Below are positions 42,956 through 53,032 of a stretch of 64,000 bases of DNA, piece by piece (the stretch's first letter is position 1; each line of letters opens with the position of its first letter). Position numbers and translations under genes: made by a program. This DNA is from a virus (lineage: Duplodnaviria; Caudoviricetes). Location of the stretch: IMG/VR virus record IMGVR_UViG_3300036770_005357. One strand, written 5' to 3'. The notes beneath the pieces are model-generated. The model was not told where the DNA came from. It saw only the letters and a program-made list of their open reading frames with translations, and made no database searches.

Positions 42956-44033
42956 AAAACATTTTCATTAATTCATATGTATGATTCAAATCGGGATATC
43001 CCCATTCTTGGTCTTCGGTATAAGAAGTACTAAACCCATTCATGCCTGTAACTTTATTAATTTTAAAATCTACCAAACCTTTATAATCTTTACCCAAATA
43101 ATCTACTTGTCCACCATATCCAGTAGTTATGATGTTTTTTCCTAGATTATAAGCATCAAATATAGTTAAACCGAAACCTTCTCCTTTGTTTAAACTAACA
43201 TAACAGTCACCAAAACTATGTAATCCTAATATATGATCATTAGATAAATTATCTAACAATAAAAATATACTTTTACCCAATTTATTAGTTAATTTTGATA
43301 TTTTATCAATACAATAATGTTTATTCGTAAAACTATATTCTTTGTAATGAAGTTTTAAAATTAATTGTGTATCCGGAAAATTATTATTAAACTCATCAAA
43401 CACTTTAACTAAATCCTCAATACCCTTTCTACAATTCAATTCTCCTATACTATAAAATGTAAATTTACTGTCTGGCACTTTATTTCCCCAAAAATCATAA
43501 ATCTTAACTTCGTTTTTATTAAATAATTTTTGTTTATGCCATATATGAGGTATAACCTCAATCTTAGATTTTACACCAGAATTTATAAAACACTCTTTAT
43601 TAAAATTACTAGGTACCCAAACTTCAGATGCTAAATTTATATGTTCAACCCATTTATCGGGTAATTTATTGGTCTCCCATGTACAATAACCAATTACATC
43701 AGATATATTTTTATTTTCTTTAATGAATGATTCCCATAAATCGGGTGTACTATGCATTATTAATCGTTCATATTTATTATAATTTTTATTTAAAACACTT
43801 TCACATAAAGCATCTACATAATAATTTCTGTCATTTTTACTATCATCGAAATATAAAGGATGCCATGATATGTTAATATTTCTAAGAACATAATCTGCTA
43901 TATAACCCTTAGCAGCACATGCGTATCCACATGTACCAGATTGTCCAATATATTTTAAAACATTGTCAAAATTTATTTTTACTGAAAAAATAGTTTCTTC
44001 TACAGACTTTTTAAATTTTACACACTTTATCAT
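42939..44033 (-). CDS. GT4-like glycosyltransferase
   Basis: GTCGYACA, YCTWET, VWVPS, RKGI, KGEGFGL. Confidence 0.85.
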   Translation of the reverse strand: MIKCVKFKKSVEETIFSVKINFDNVLKYIGQSGTCGYACAAKGYIADYVLRNINISWHPLYFDDSKNDRNYYVDALCESVLNKNYNKYERLIMHSTPDLWESFIKENKNISDVIGYCTWETNKLPDKWVEHINLASEVWVPSNFNKECFINSGVKSKIEVIPHIWHKQKLFNKNEVKIYDFWGNKVPDSKFTFYSIGELNCRKGIEDLVKVFDEFNNNFPDTQLILKLHYKEYSFTNKHYCIDKISKLTNKLGKSIFLLLDNLSNDHILGLHSFGDCYVSLNKGEGFGLTIFDAYNLGKNIITTGYGGQVDYLGKDYKGLVDFKINKVTGMNGFSTSYTEDQEWGYPDLNHTYELMKMFYENKL

Positions 44034-44986
44034 TTAGAAACAGTTTTAATAATTTTAGCAATACAGGCCATAAATGTAATTTCTTTATCTACAACCATAC
44101 TACTTTGATATATATGTTCCGCTATATCAATAATTACAGAAGTTTCTTTATTTAAAGCATATTCATTCACCCTGCTATAGAGTTCACTGTACAATTCTTC
44201 AAATACCTTAGTACCAGCATCATTTACAAGTTGACGAATCTCATTAAAAGCCTTTGAATTAGTCTTACTACCCTTAATCAATTCAATAATCTTATTCTTA
44301 AGATCAAAACTTGCACTTTGAGTCTTAACAATCTTCAACTTACCACTAGTACTATTCTGTTGAACAAAGTTAATAATCTTACGAACATCTGGATAAAAAT
44401 CATCAAGAACAGTCTTTAAATCTGTCAATTCATAACCAATCTTCTCTTTATCCAGTATACCCTTAATATGTAAGGCTACATCCTTTTGAGTGGGTGGTTC
44501 AATATCAAACACTTGACACCGACTAATAAGCGGTTTGATAATCTTTTCAACATAATTACAGGTCAAAATAAATCGCGTAGTTTGACTATATGTTTCCATC
44601 AAGTTACGAAGAGCCGCTTGAGCTTCTGTAGTGAAGAAATCTGCTTCGTCAAGAATCACAACCTTCAATGATTGAAACCCAGCGGATCCAGCAAATCCTT
44701 TAATCTTGGTTCTTACCATTTCAATACCATTTGTATCACTTGCGTTAATATAAACACAGTCACATAGTATATTCTTTACAATGATCTTAGCTAGAGTGGT
44801 CTTACCCGTACCAGCATTACCGTGTAACAAAATATGGGGAATATCCTTACGATTGATAAAATCGGTAACAATACTTCTCAGATTACCATCGCAAATATAT
44901 CCTTCTAATGTATCAGGACGGTACTTTTCAGCCCAAAGACTGTGATTGCTTACAGAAACAGAATTTTCTTCACTAAAGAAACTCAT
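44030..44986 (-). CDS. Clamp loader AAA+ subunit (RFC small / gp44-like)
   Basis: WAEKYRP, GNAGTGKTT, INASD, ILDEAD, LTCNY, SRC. Confidence 0.95.
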   Translation of the reverse strand: MSFFSEENSVSVSNHSLWAEKYRPDTLEGYICDGNLRSIVTDFINRKDIPHILLHGNAGTGKTTLAKIIVKNILCDCVYINASDTNGIEMVRTKIKGFAGSAGFQSLKVVILDEADFFTTEAQAALRNLMETYSQTTRFILTCNYVEKIIKPLISRCQVFDIEPPTQKDVALHIKGILDKEKIGYELTDLKTVLDDFYPDVRKIINFVQQNSTSGKLKIVKTQSASFDLKNKIIELIKGSKTNSKAFNEIRQLVNDAGTKVFEELYSELYSRVNEYALNKETSVIIDIAEHIYQSSMVVDKEITFMACIAKIIKTVSK

Positions 44987-44992
44987 AAAATA

Positions 44993-45730
44993 TTAGTCAA
45001 CATTCTTAATTTCAACCAAGTAATAATTGCTGTTAAATGTATCGTTATTAAACTCTACATGTGCCAATCCAGCATCACTAACCTTCAATACAGCATTCTC
45101 ACAATCACAGTTACTTGTAAGAATCTCCTTAAGATATTTAGCGCTAAAATGTAATGTCTTACCAAGAGTGTCTTTACCTTCAGTTGGTTTGATATCAATA
45201 TTGATACGGTTGCTATTAACATTGCTATAACCAATAACCAACTTAATCTTATCCTTCTTGTCCTTGATAAAGGTAAGAGTGTCTACATCACTCAAAGCAC
45301 TTTTAGCCTTTACGAATGTACTTACAAATTCCTTACTAAGGGGAATCTCAAGATTAAACGGAGGCAACTTCTTCAATGCCGGAACATTTGGAATAACACT
45401 GAGATCAGCAGTTACATACTGTACATCCGTTTGTTCACCACTAATTGATAGTGAAACAATCTTCTCATCTCTCTTGTTGAATGCAATATTCACTTCTTCA
45501 CCAAGAACATTCAACAACTTCTTGAGCTTAGTTGTATCGTTCACACCTAGTTCGGCATTATCAAGTCCAGCCGTATCCTTGATAACTACAAAACTAAGCA
45601 CATTCTTGTCATCACTAATGGATGATGTCTTAATCTGTTTATCGTTGTTGTCTACTACCCACTTAACACTTTCAATAGTGCCGTTGAGTGAATACTTGTC
45701 GATGAATGAATTTAATGTTTGTTTTTTCAT
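44993..45730 (-). CDS. Sliding clamp (gp45-like)
   Basis: Size and position between clamp loader and polymerase. LGVNDT.KL, KVSDAGL..VEF..YYLV. Start revised from 45826. Confidence 0.75.
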   Translation of the reverse strand: MKKQTLNSFIDKYSLNGTIESVKWVVDNNDKQIKTSSISDDKNVLSFVVIKDTAGLDNAELGVNDTTKLKKLLNVLGEEVNIAFNKRDEKIVSLSISGEQTDVQYVTADLSVIPNVPALKKLPPFNLEIPLSKEFVSTFVKAKSALSDVDTLTFIKDKKDKIKLVIGYSNVNSNRINIDIKPTEGKDTLGKTLHFSAKYLKEILTSNCDCENAVLKVSDAGLAHVEFNNDTFNSNYYLVEIKNVD

Positions 45731-45770
45731 ATAACTTAATATTACTACACTTTCTCTTTTGTTCAATTTT

Positions 45771-46178
45771 TTATACCGCAAAATCGAAAAATTCTTCTGC
45801 TGTTTTTTGATAATCTTCGTTGTCAATTATACACGGAGATTCGTCTTCTTTATATAAATCAAACGGACTAATATAAAAATGATTAATTAAATAATCAGCA
45901 TATGCTACATTTCTCATTTGATAGTAGACCTTAACATTATTTTCAATGGTTCTAAACTCTATATAATATACTTTTGGATCGCTTAATCTATACAATTGAC
46001 TCTTTGGAATATACAATTCCGTATCAAGTATTTGATTTTTAGTAAATTCTACATATGGACCTCGTTGACCAATAACAACTCGTTGATATCCATATGCAAT
46101 TAAATTTGGATAATTTACAAATAACGGGATCTTTGCACCATCAATTGGGATGGTTAACATTTCACTATATTTTTTCAT
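45771..46178 (-). CDS. Hypothetical phage protein
   Basis: RVVIGQRGPYVEF..YIEFR..YQ..V.YADY. Confidence 0.65.
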   Translation of the reverse strand: MKKYSEMLTIPIDGAKIPLFVNYPNLIAYGYQRVVIGQRGPYVEFTKNQILDTELYIPKSQLYRLSDPKVYYIEFRTIENNVKVYYQMRNVAYADYLINHFYISPFDLYKEDESPCIIDNEDYQKTAEEFFDFAV

Positions 46179-46183
46179 AACAA

Positions 46184-48712
46184 TTAAAAACTAAAAAATT
46201 CACTTGCTTTTGCATCGTTTATTGACGGATATTCCCAGTTGAGAACATCATAAAAGTCTTTCAACTTACCCCTAAGCTCTTGTTCATACATAGCATTTCT
46301 ATCCACATACTTTTCAATAAACTCAAGTATTTGATCAGGATCAGTACCGTCTGCCTTCAAAGCAATACCTTCAGCTCCATATTCATTTTGTTTAAGATAT
46401 ACCCACTTAATTTTTTGACCATGAAGAATCTTAGGAATATTCTTAGTCAATCCATAATGTTCAAGTAAATCATTATAGAATATAGCAGCTTTAGCTTGAG
46501 CAGGAGTACCCAAAACATACTTAAATGGAGAACGAGTCTTAGGACTATATTCTTTTCTACCATCTTGACTCTTGAATTTAACACTCGTATTCTTTGCAAT
46601 CTCAATAACATTAAACTTTGGCAAATCTTCAACCAACTGAATAATATTTGCGTCGATCGTTTCTTTATTTACTTTACGAAGAATATCTTGCAAAAACTGT
46701 TCCATAAACTTCCTAAATCTCATAGGAAACGAAGTTCTAACTACATCAATACCCTTCACTTCAAGTTCATCACATTCAATACCACCTTTATTAATAATGA
46801 ACTGAGCATATCGTTTCTTTGCCAACCAAAACGAAGTCTTAGCAATAACCTCTTGTTTTGCATCAAAACGATGTTTGGTAACATTAAACATTCGTTTAGC
46901 CATTATATGAAATGTTTCATTTACATGATTCTGTGCTTCGGTACATACCTTTAGAATTGCCGATGTCATCTGTTTTTCATCATCCAGATTAATATCAGGC
47001 ATTGTATGTTTAATAATCGGTAAAGCACTGGCAAAACAACTGTCAGTATCTACATAAATAACATAATCGGTATTATCATTAACCCCAAGAGTTTTACGAT
47101 AATATTGATTGATCGCCTTATTTGCAGTTTTGATAATATCTTGACCAGTCAAAGTGACAGCGCTCGCATTATCCTTATCATAAAATCTGAAAATCGGTAG
47201 ACCCAATACACCATAAATGGAGTTGAGAAGTACCTTTTGAACCTTTTGTCGTTGATCGTAAAATTCATACTTGTCCCATTCCTTCGCATCACCGTGCTTT
47301 TTAGCTAGTTTACGAAGATCTTTTCGTTCATCGAACCACTTGACAAGAATTTCGGGTATGACACCTTGATAATTCTGTTTGTACATAACACCATTACTAG
47401 CGATACTGTACTGTGACTTCTCAAGTAATTCTTTAAACTCTTCTTTAGAATAAGTAGCAGATCCCACTTGAATAGTATCAAGTTCGTTCTTTACAAACTT
47501 TTCAGGATCCCAATTCTCAACCTTACCAATCTTTGTTTCGGGACTAATATTCAAACTAATAATGATATTCGGATACATTGATGTAAGATCCAAATCAAAT
47601 ACCCAATCATAACGGCCGGGAATCGGATCTTTTACATATGCACCTTCAAATCCCTCTTCACCTTCTTCCAACCTATTTTCATATTCTTCTCGTCCATCAA
47701 TAGGTTTATTTTTAGCAACTTGACCTTTACGACGAAGATACATCAAAATAGCACCCTCAATGAATCGTGAACTCATAGTAAAACAATCATATGGTACATG
47801 ACCTTTATGACAGATTGCTCTAGCCTGTTCAATAAACTGAAGTTTCTTCTCAAGTGCTACAATGATCTTTACATCGTTTAGATTGTATTCAATATACTTG
47901 TTTAGATCACTCTTGTACAAATCATCAAGACTACCCTTATAAGTAATCTTCTCCATCTTTACAACCTTTTTACCAATTGCACCCAAAGCGTAACTTGGTT
48001 CTTGTTTGATATTCCACTTCTTATAAAGAACCATGTAGTCAATAAATGAAATACCAGCAACAACGATTTTTTTATTCCAATCGTTTCTGTAACAGACTTG
48101 GATCGGAGAAAGTCGTTTTGCACTACGATCATCCAACACTCTCTTTATTCGATTGAACAAATAAGGCGTATCAAACTCATCAATATTCCAACCAGTAGCA
48201 ATTGTTGGTTGGATTTCTTCCCATTTGGTAAGAAAGTGTGTCAATAGACTTTCTTCATTATTAAAACTACGAACACTTACATTATCGGCAGTATAATCTT
48301 GCAACCGCATTTCTTTATCCAAAATAAAGGCAGTATACTGTTCAGTAGCAGCATCATACAAAGCAATAGCAGTAACTTCCTTATCAGCTTCATCAACCTT
48401 TGGAAATCCACCTTCAGTACTTACCTCAATATCAAAATAAACAACACGATGTCCTACAGATGGTTCATCACTATCTTCATAGGCATCAATAAGCACCCTA
48501 GTTTCTGCTGGTACATCACTTTCAAACAAACTGGGATCTTTTGGATTGAATTTATAAACCTTTTCGAGTTCGTCACCATAAATACTTTTATAAAGTCCAT
48601 TAGAACGCTTACGATAAGCATAAGGACGATAAGGAAACTTTATATAACCCTTTTGATCGTCCCAAAGATGTACTAAACCGTCCTTCTTTGAAATAAATAT
48701 ATTCTGATACAT
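46184..48712 (-). CDS. polB: Family B DNA polymerase (T4 gp43-like)
   Basis: Exonuclease FDIEV, GWNIDEFD, YNLND. Polymerase DLTSMYP, K..LNSIYG, YVDTDS, KKRYA. Confidence 0.97.
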   Translation of the reverse strand: MYQNIFISKKDGLVHLWDDQKGYIKFPYRPYAYRKRSNGLYKSIYGDELEKVYKFNPKDPSLFESDVPAETRVLIDAYEDSDEPSVGHRVVYFDIEVSTEGGFPKVDEADKEVTAIALYDAATEQYTAFILDKEMRLQDYTADNVSVRSFNNEESLLTHFLTKWEEIQPTIATGWNIDEFDTPYLFNRIKRVLDDRSAKRLSPIQVCYRNDWNKKIVVAGISFIDYMVLYKKWNIKQEPSYALGAIGKKVVKMEKITYKGSLDDLYKSDLNKYIEYNLNDVKIIVALEKKLQFIEQARAICHKGHVPYDCFTMSSRFIEGAILMYLRRKGQVAKNKPIDGREEYENRLEEGEEGFEGAYVKDPIPGRYDWVFDLDLTSMYPNIIISLNISPETKIGKVENWDPEKFVKNELDTIQVGSATYSKEEFKELLEKSQYSIASNGVMYKQNYQGVIPEILVKWFDERKDLRKLAKKHGDAKEWDKYEFYDQRQKVQKVLLNSIYGVLGLPIFRFYDKDNASAVTLTGQDIIKTANKAINQYYRKTLGVNDNTDYVIYVDTDSCFASALPIIKHTMPDINLDDEKQMTSAILKVCTEAQNHVNETFHIMAKRMFNVTKHRFDAKQEVIAKTSFWLAKKRYAQFIINKGGIECDELEVKGIDVVRTSFPMRFRKFMEQFLQDILRKVNKETIDANIIQLVEDLPKFNVIEIAKNTSVKFKSQDGRKEYSPKTRSPFKYVLGTPAQAKAAIFYNDLLEHYGLTKNIPKILHGQKIKWVYLKQNEYGAEGIALKADGTDPDQILEFIEKYVDRNAMYEQELRGKLKDFYDVLNWEYPSINDAKASEFFSF

Positions 48713-48716
48713 TCGT

Positions 48717-48947
48717 CTATGATACCTTCAATTTGTTGACAAGTCCATCAAAAATAACATAATGTTCTTCTTTTAAGAATCTTTTACATTGCATTACTCT
48801 ATCCATCAACATTTTATGATTTATTGACGGAAACAATGACGGATCTATTTGATAACCTGCCATAACAGGTGGATTCACAATATTAACAATTCCCCATAAC
48901 ATTGCCATTTCGTCATCTGATAGGCTTTTTAATTGATCTCTTGTCAT
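48717..48947 (-). CDS. Hypothetical protein
   Basis: ORF track. Confidence 0.55.
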   Translation of the reverse strand: MTRDQLKSLSDDEMAMLWGIVNIVNPPVMAGYQIDPSLFPSINHKMLMDRVMQCKRFLKEEHYVIFDGLVNKLKVS

Positions 48948-48972
48948 ACTCTATATATACTATATCATAGTT

Positions 48973-49584
48973 ATGCAAATAGATGAAGTAAAAAATGTTA
49001 TTAACCATTGTTTAAACCCGTTGATTATCAACAAATGTTATATTCAACAAGTAAAAGAAGAATTTACAGTATTAGCTTATTTTTTAAATTCTTTTAAACC
49101 ACACAACATTTTAGAAATAGGATGTAAAGGTGGTACTTTTTATCTGTTTAATAAATTTTCTACTGGTAAAAAAATTGGCTTAGATATCGACAACCAATAT
49201 GAAATGAATATGCACTTTTATTCATATGGACAAGACTTCACATTTATACATGCAAACTCTCAACTAGAAGAGACATTTAATAAGGTAAAAAATATTTGTA
49301 CATCATTCGACTTTGTTTTTATAGATGGAGATCATTCGTATGACGGTGTAAAAAAAGATTTTGAACTTTATAAAAATTTATTAAGCCCAAGAGGATATAT
49401 TGGATTTCACGATATAGATCCGAATCATGTCTTTAAAGATAATGCAGGTGGACAAGTTTATAAATTTTGGCAAGAATTAAATTTTGGAAGTAAAACTGAA
49501 ATTATTTGTCAAAAATCCAACGCCAATTATAATTTATGGGGACAACAAGAACATTACGGTGGAATCGGATTATGGCAACCCTAA
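48973..49584 (+). CDS. Class I methyltransferase (Methyltransf_24-like)
   Basis: LEIGCKGG, GLDID, FIDGDHSYDGVKKDF, GFHDI. Confidence 0.88.
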   Translation: MQIDEVKNVINHCLNPLIINKCYIQQVKEEFTVLAYFLNSFKPHNILEIGCKGGTFYLFNKFSTGKKIGLDIDNQYEMNMHFYSYGQDFTFIHANSQLEETFNKVKNICTSFDFVFIDGDHSYDGVKKDFELYKNLLSPRGYIGFHDIDPNHVFKDNAGGQVYKFWQELNFGSKTEIICQKSNANYNLWGQQEHYGGIGLWQP

Positions 49585-49585
49585 A

Positions 49586-50320
49586 TTATCTTATCTTAAC
49601 GCCAAATATATCATTATTATAATTTACAAACAAAACATTGTCAAGTTTACTTTGAAGCGTATCTAACTCTTTTTTATGATAACTTTTTTCTTCATCTTCA
49701 ATATCTTTGGTACTAAATGAATTACCTGTAGCTACCCTTGCATCCTTTGCACTCATAACAATTTGTGGAGTCACTACTAAATAGTCACCTTCTTTTAATT
49801 CCTTTTTCTTTTTAGATGATTTACTGTCTTGTACAATACACTTACCTTCACTTACATATATGTGTGTATATTTATCAGTTGATTTAACAAATAACTTGGC
49901 TTTATTAAACAATATATTCGCCATAGATGTACCCACTACATTTTGTTTATCACAATCACTAATTACATAAACCTCACCATTTACAGAAGGCGCAAATAAT
50001 GATTCATTAACCTTAATTACTTCAGGCAACTTAAAATCGTTTACATACTTTATATCGTCATAAGTAAAATAAACTCCCGTAGATTCTTTTTGTGTAAAAG
50101 CAATTCTGTGTGGAAAGGTATAGGTCGTTGTTGAATTGGTGTCCGTAGTTAAACTTAGATTATTTTTAAGATTATAAGATTTACCTACAAGAATTTCCAA
50201 GTTGTTTACCTTGTTGTTTATAACTTCACTCAGTTCCGGTTGACCCGTGAAATCATAAATAAACACATCGTTAGCACACAGTGCAAAAGCCATTGAAAAT
50301 ATTGAGATTAATCGTTTCAT
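49586..50320 (-). CDS. Secreted beta-rich protein, FecR-like
   Basis: Signal peptide. C-terminal THIYVSEGKCIV resembles FecR T.V.V.EG.V.V. Confidence 0.5.
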   Translation of the reverse strand: MKRLISIFSMAFALCANDVFIYDFTGQPELSEVINNKVNNLEILVGKSYNLKNNLSLTTDTNSTTTYTFPHRIAFTQKESTGVYFTYDDIKYVNDFKLPEVIKVNESLFAPSVNGEVYVISDCDKQNVVGTSMANILFNKAKLFVKSTDKYTHIYVSEGKCIVQDSKSSKKKKELKEGDYLVVTPQIVMSAKDARVATGNSFSTKDIEDEEKSYHKKELDTLQSKLDNVLFVNYNNDIFGVKIR

Positions 50321-50378
50321 ATGTTAATAAATAGTTGTTATAGATTGACTTAAATTAATTATAAGATACCATGATTAA

Positions 50379-51260
50379 ATGGAATCTAATGAAACGAAGA
50401 AAAATAGAGTAAGTTTTAGCCAATATTCTACATACCTAAAGTGTCCACATAAATGGTATCTTGATTATGTAAAGAACTTACGGGAAAAGGAAGACAATAT
50501 CAATACCACATTTGGTACTGCTATACATCATGCATTTCAGACCTACCTAGATGCTTTGTACAAACAAAGTGTTAGTGTTGCGGATTCATTAGATGTTAAA
50601 AAATTGTTTCAAGATAAATTTGCCGAAGAAGTAAAGAAGATCAAACAACTAGATGAATCTGAATACACCGACTTTATTTTTGATGGACACGATATTATTG
50701 ATACATTTCTAAAGAGTGCTAATAGAATCAAACATTTTCCACACGGTGATTATGAATTGGTTGGTATTGAAATTCCACTAGAAATTCCTATTAAGAACAA
50801 TGTAGACTTTGTAGGTTTCGTTGATATTGTACTTAAAGAAACTAATAAAGAACGATATAGGATCATCGACTTTAAGACATCTAGTAATGGTTGGAATCAA
50901 TATCAGAGAGAAGATGAAAGTAAATATTCACAACTACACCTTTATAAAAGTGTTTACAGCAAAAAATTCAATGTACCACTTAATGCTATTGATGTAGAGT
51001 TCTTTATTGTTAAGAGAAAACTTTTTGAAAAGGCTACATTTCCTCAAAGCCGAATTCAAGTATTTAAGCCAGCAAGCGGTCCACAAATAATTAAAGAATC
51101 TATAAATAACTTTATTCAATTCTTGGATTATGGATTTAACAGTGACGGTACATACAATGATAAGAATCACTACCCCAAGATACCAGGTGATAGAAAGAAA
51201 AATTGCAAGTATTGTTTACATTATAAAAAGACATGTGATGGCAAAGCCGACAAATTATAA
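50379..51260 (+). CDS. PD-(D/E)xK exonuclease (RecB/Cas4-like)
   Basis: SFSQ..CPHKW, FGTAIH, GFVDIV, IIDFKT, QL.LY, CKYC. Confidence 0.88.
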   Translation: MESNETKKNRVSFSQYSTYLKCPHKWYLDYVKNLREKEDNINTTFGTAIHHAFQTYLDALYKQSVSVADSLDVKKLFQDKFAEEVKKIKQLDESEYTDFIFDGHDIIDTFLKSANRIKHFPHGDYELVGIEIPLEIPIKNNVDFVGFVDIVLKETNKERYRIIDFKTSSNGWNQYQREDESKYSQLHLYKSVYSKKFNVPLNAIDVEFFIVKRKLFEKATFPQSRIQVFKPASGPQIIKESINNFIQFLDYGFNSDGTYNDKNHYPKIPGDRKKNCKYCLHYKKTCDGKADKL

Positions 51261-51266
51261 TTAAGC

Positions 51267-51304
51267 ATATGTACATATGTAAATATATGTATATGTGAAT
51301 ATGT
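51267..51304 (+). promoter_or_regulatory. Five ATATGT direct repeats, candidate operator
   Basis: ATATGT at 51267, 51275, 51285, 51291 and 51299, ending 1 nt before the ATG of the RHH-like gene. Confidence 0.6.
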
Positions 51305-51305
51305 T

Positions 51306-51521
51306 ATGGACCAATTTGTTACGACAGTAAAACTCAATCAAGAATTATATAATCGGTTTAAAGAACTAAACATTCGTGGAAAGATATCTTTCCAAGATTT
51401 TGTAAATAAGTGTCTTGAGAAGTATTTGGATGATATCGACTTTCAAAGTGAAATTAGTGAGAGTATCTGTCAAAAGTTGAGCCATAACACCCCATTTTCA
51501 TTATCAAAAGGAATTAAATGA
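51306..51521 (+). CDS. Ribbon-helix-helix-like transcriptional regulator
   Basis: TTVKL.QELY..FK..ISFQDFVNKCLEKYL. Confidence 0.65.
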   Translation: MDQFVTTVKLNQELYNRFKELNIRGKISFQDFVNKCLEKYLDDIDFQSEISESICQKLSHNTPFSLSKGIK

Positions 51522-52063
51522 GTAAAAAGAAAATACTTTTATTAAGTGATGATTTACGAATGCATAGTGGTATAGCTACTATGAGTCGTGAATTGGTACT
51601 AGGCACACTTCACCATTATAATTGGGTACAAGTAGCAGGCGCAATTGAACATCCTGAACAAGGTAAAATCATTGATATGAAAGAAGCTTGTGATAAGTTA
51701 AATGGTAGAACTGACAATTATCTTAAATTATATCCCGTTAATGGATACGGTGATGAAGAAACTCTTTTTCAAATTATAGCTATGGAAAAACCAGATGCTA
51801 TAATGCATTTTACTGATCCTAGATTTTGGGGGTGGCTCTATGCTATAGAACACCAAATTCGTAGTAAAATTCCACTTACATATCTTGATATTTGGGATGA
51901 CTTACCGTATCCTATGTGGAATAAACCATTCTACAAGAGTTGTGATGCTTTATTTGCAATTAGTAAACAAACTGATAATATCAACAAATGGGTTTTAGGA
52001 CCAGAAAACTGTACTAGTATTTATGGTGATTTTGATAGTAACGGAAACATTATTAAAGGATAA
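51518..52063 (+). CDS. GT4 glycosyltransferase, N-terminal half
   Basis: KILLLSDD..SGIA, FTDPRFW, IWDD.PYP, ISKQT. Confidence 0.8.
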   Translation: MSKKKILLLSDDLRMHSGIATMSRELVLGTLHHYNWVQVAGAIEHPEQGKIIDMKEACDKLNGRTDNYLKLYPVNGYGDEETLFQIIAMEKPDAIMHFTDPRFWGWLYAIEHQIRSKIPLTYLDIWDDLPYPMWNKPFYKSCDALFAISKQTDNINKWVLGPENCTSIYGDFDSNGNIIKG

Positions 52064-52066
52064 TTT

Positions 52067-53032
52067 ATGCCAGTAAAAGGAAAACATTTATTACATTTAG
52101 TACCACATGGTATCAACAGCGACGAATTTAAACCACTTCCAAAAAATGATAAAGAAGTGTTAAAACTTAAAAAAGAATATTTAGGCGACGGCGAATATAA
52201 CTTTATAGTGGCATTTAACAGTCGTAATGCACATCGTAAACATCCTGCAAATTTGATTATGGCGTTCAAGTCATTCTGTGCTTCAATCGATCAAGAATCG
52301 GCAAAGAAATGTGCATTGATAATGCATACTGATAAAGTATGTGAAGCGGGTACAGATTTGGTTGCTACAATACAAGCAATTTGTCCAGAATATAAAGTCG
52401 TATTAGATGAAAGTAGAAAATCACCGGAAGAGATGGTTGCTTTCTATAACTTAGCGGATGTGACTGCAAATATAAGTTCAAACGAAGGATTCGGTCTTAG
52501 TATCGCTGAAAGTATAATGTGTGGTACGCCTGTTATTGCAACTGTTACTGGTGGATTACAAGACCAATTAGGCATTGTAGATGATAATAACAACCCAGTC
52601 AAATTTAATCTTGAATTCGGTACCAATGTTACCGGTAAATACAAGAAACATGGTATATGGGCTAAACCGATTTGGACTAAGGTACAAAACCTTCAAGGCA
52701 GTCCACCAACACCATATATCATGGATGATTTGACAAACTATGATGATATAGCTGATGCAATTGCTTATTGGTACTTTTTGGGAAATGAAAAACGAGAAAA
52801 ATGTGGATTGGAGGGTAGAAGATGGGCAATGAATGAAGGTGGTATAAATTCTAAAAATATGTGTGATCAATTTATTAAAGCGATGGATTTTACACTTGAA
52901 AATTTCACATCTGTTAATAAATTTGACATTTTTACAACGGATGGTTATGATACTAAAAATCTACCTCAAGGAAAATTGGGATTTGAATTACATAAAGTGA
53001 ATGTAGATAAAATCAAAAGTGAAATACAATGA
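52067..53032 (+). CDS. GT4 glycosyltransferase, C-terminal half (same frame as preceding ORF)
   Basis: VPHGI, RN..RK, YN.AD..NEGFGLS.AES..GTP.IA..TGGL. Confidence 0.85.
   Translation: MPVKGKHLLHLVPHGINSDEFKPLPKNDKEVLKLKKEYLGDGEYNFIVAFNSRNAHRKHPANLIMAFKSFCASIDQESAKKCALIMHTDKVCEAGTDLVATIQAICPEYKVVLDESRKSPEEMVAFYNLADVTANISSNEGFGLSIAESIMCGTPVIATVTGGLQDQLGIVDDNNNPVKFNLEFGTNVTGKYKKHGIWAKPIWTKVQNLQGSPPTPYIMDDLTNYDDIADAIAYWYFLGNEKREKCGLEGRRWAMNEGGINSKNMCDQFIKAMDFTLENFTSVNKFDIFTTDGYDTKNLPQGKLGFELHKVNVDKIKSEIQ

Noticed and set aside
46184-48712. Intron or intein in DNA polymerase
   Set aside because: The 842-aa ORF is continuous with normally spaced motifs and no Hint signature.
50379-51304. CRISPR-Cas (Cas4-like nuclease followed by short repeats)
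   Set aside because: The repeats are 6 nt with 0-4 nt spacers, and no CRISPR array or other cas genes were seen. Stand-alone PD-(D/E)xK exonucleases are routine in large phages.
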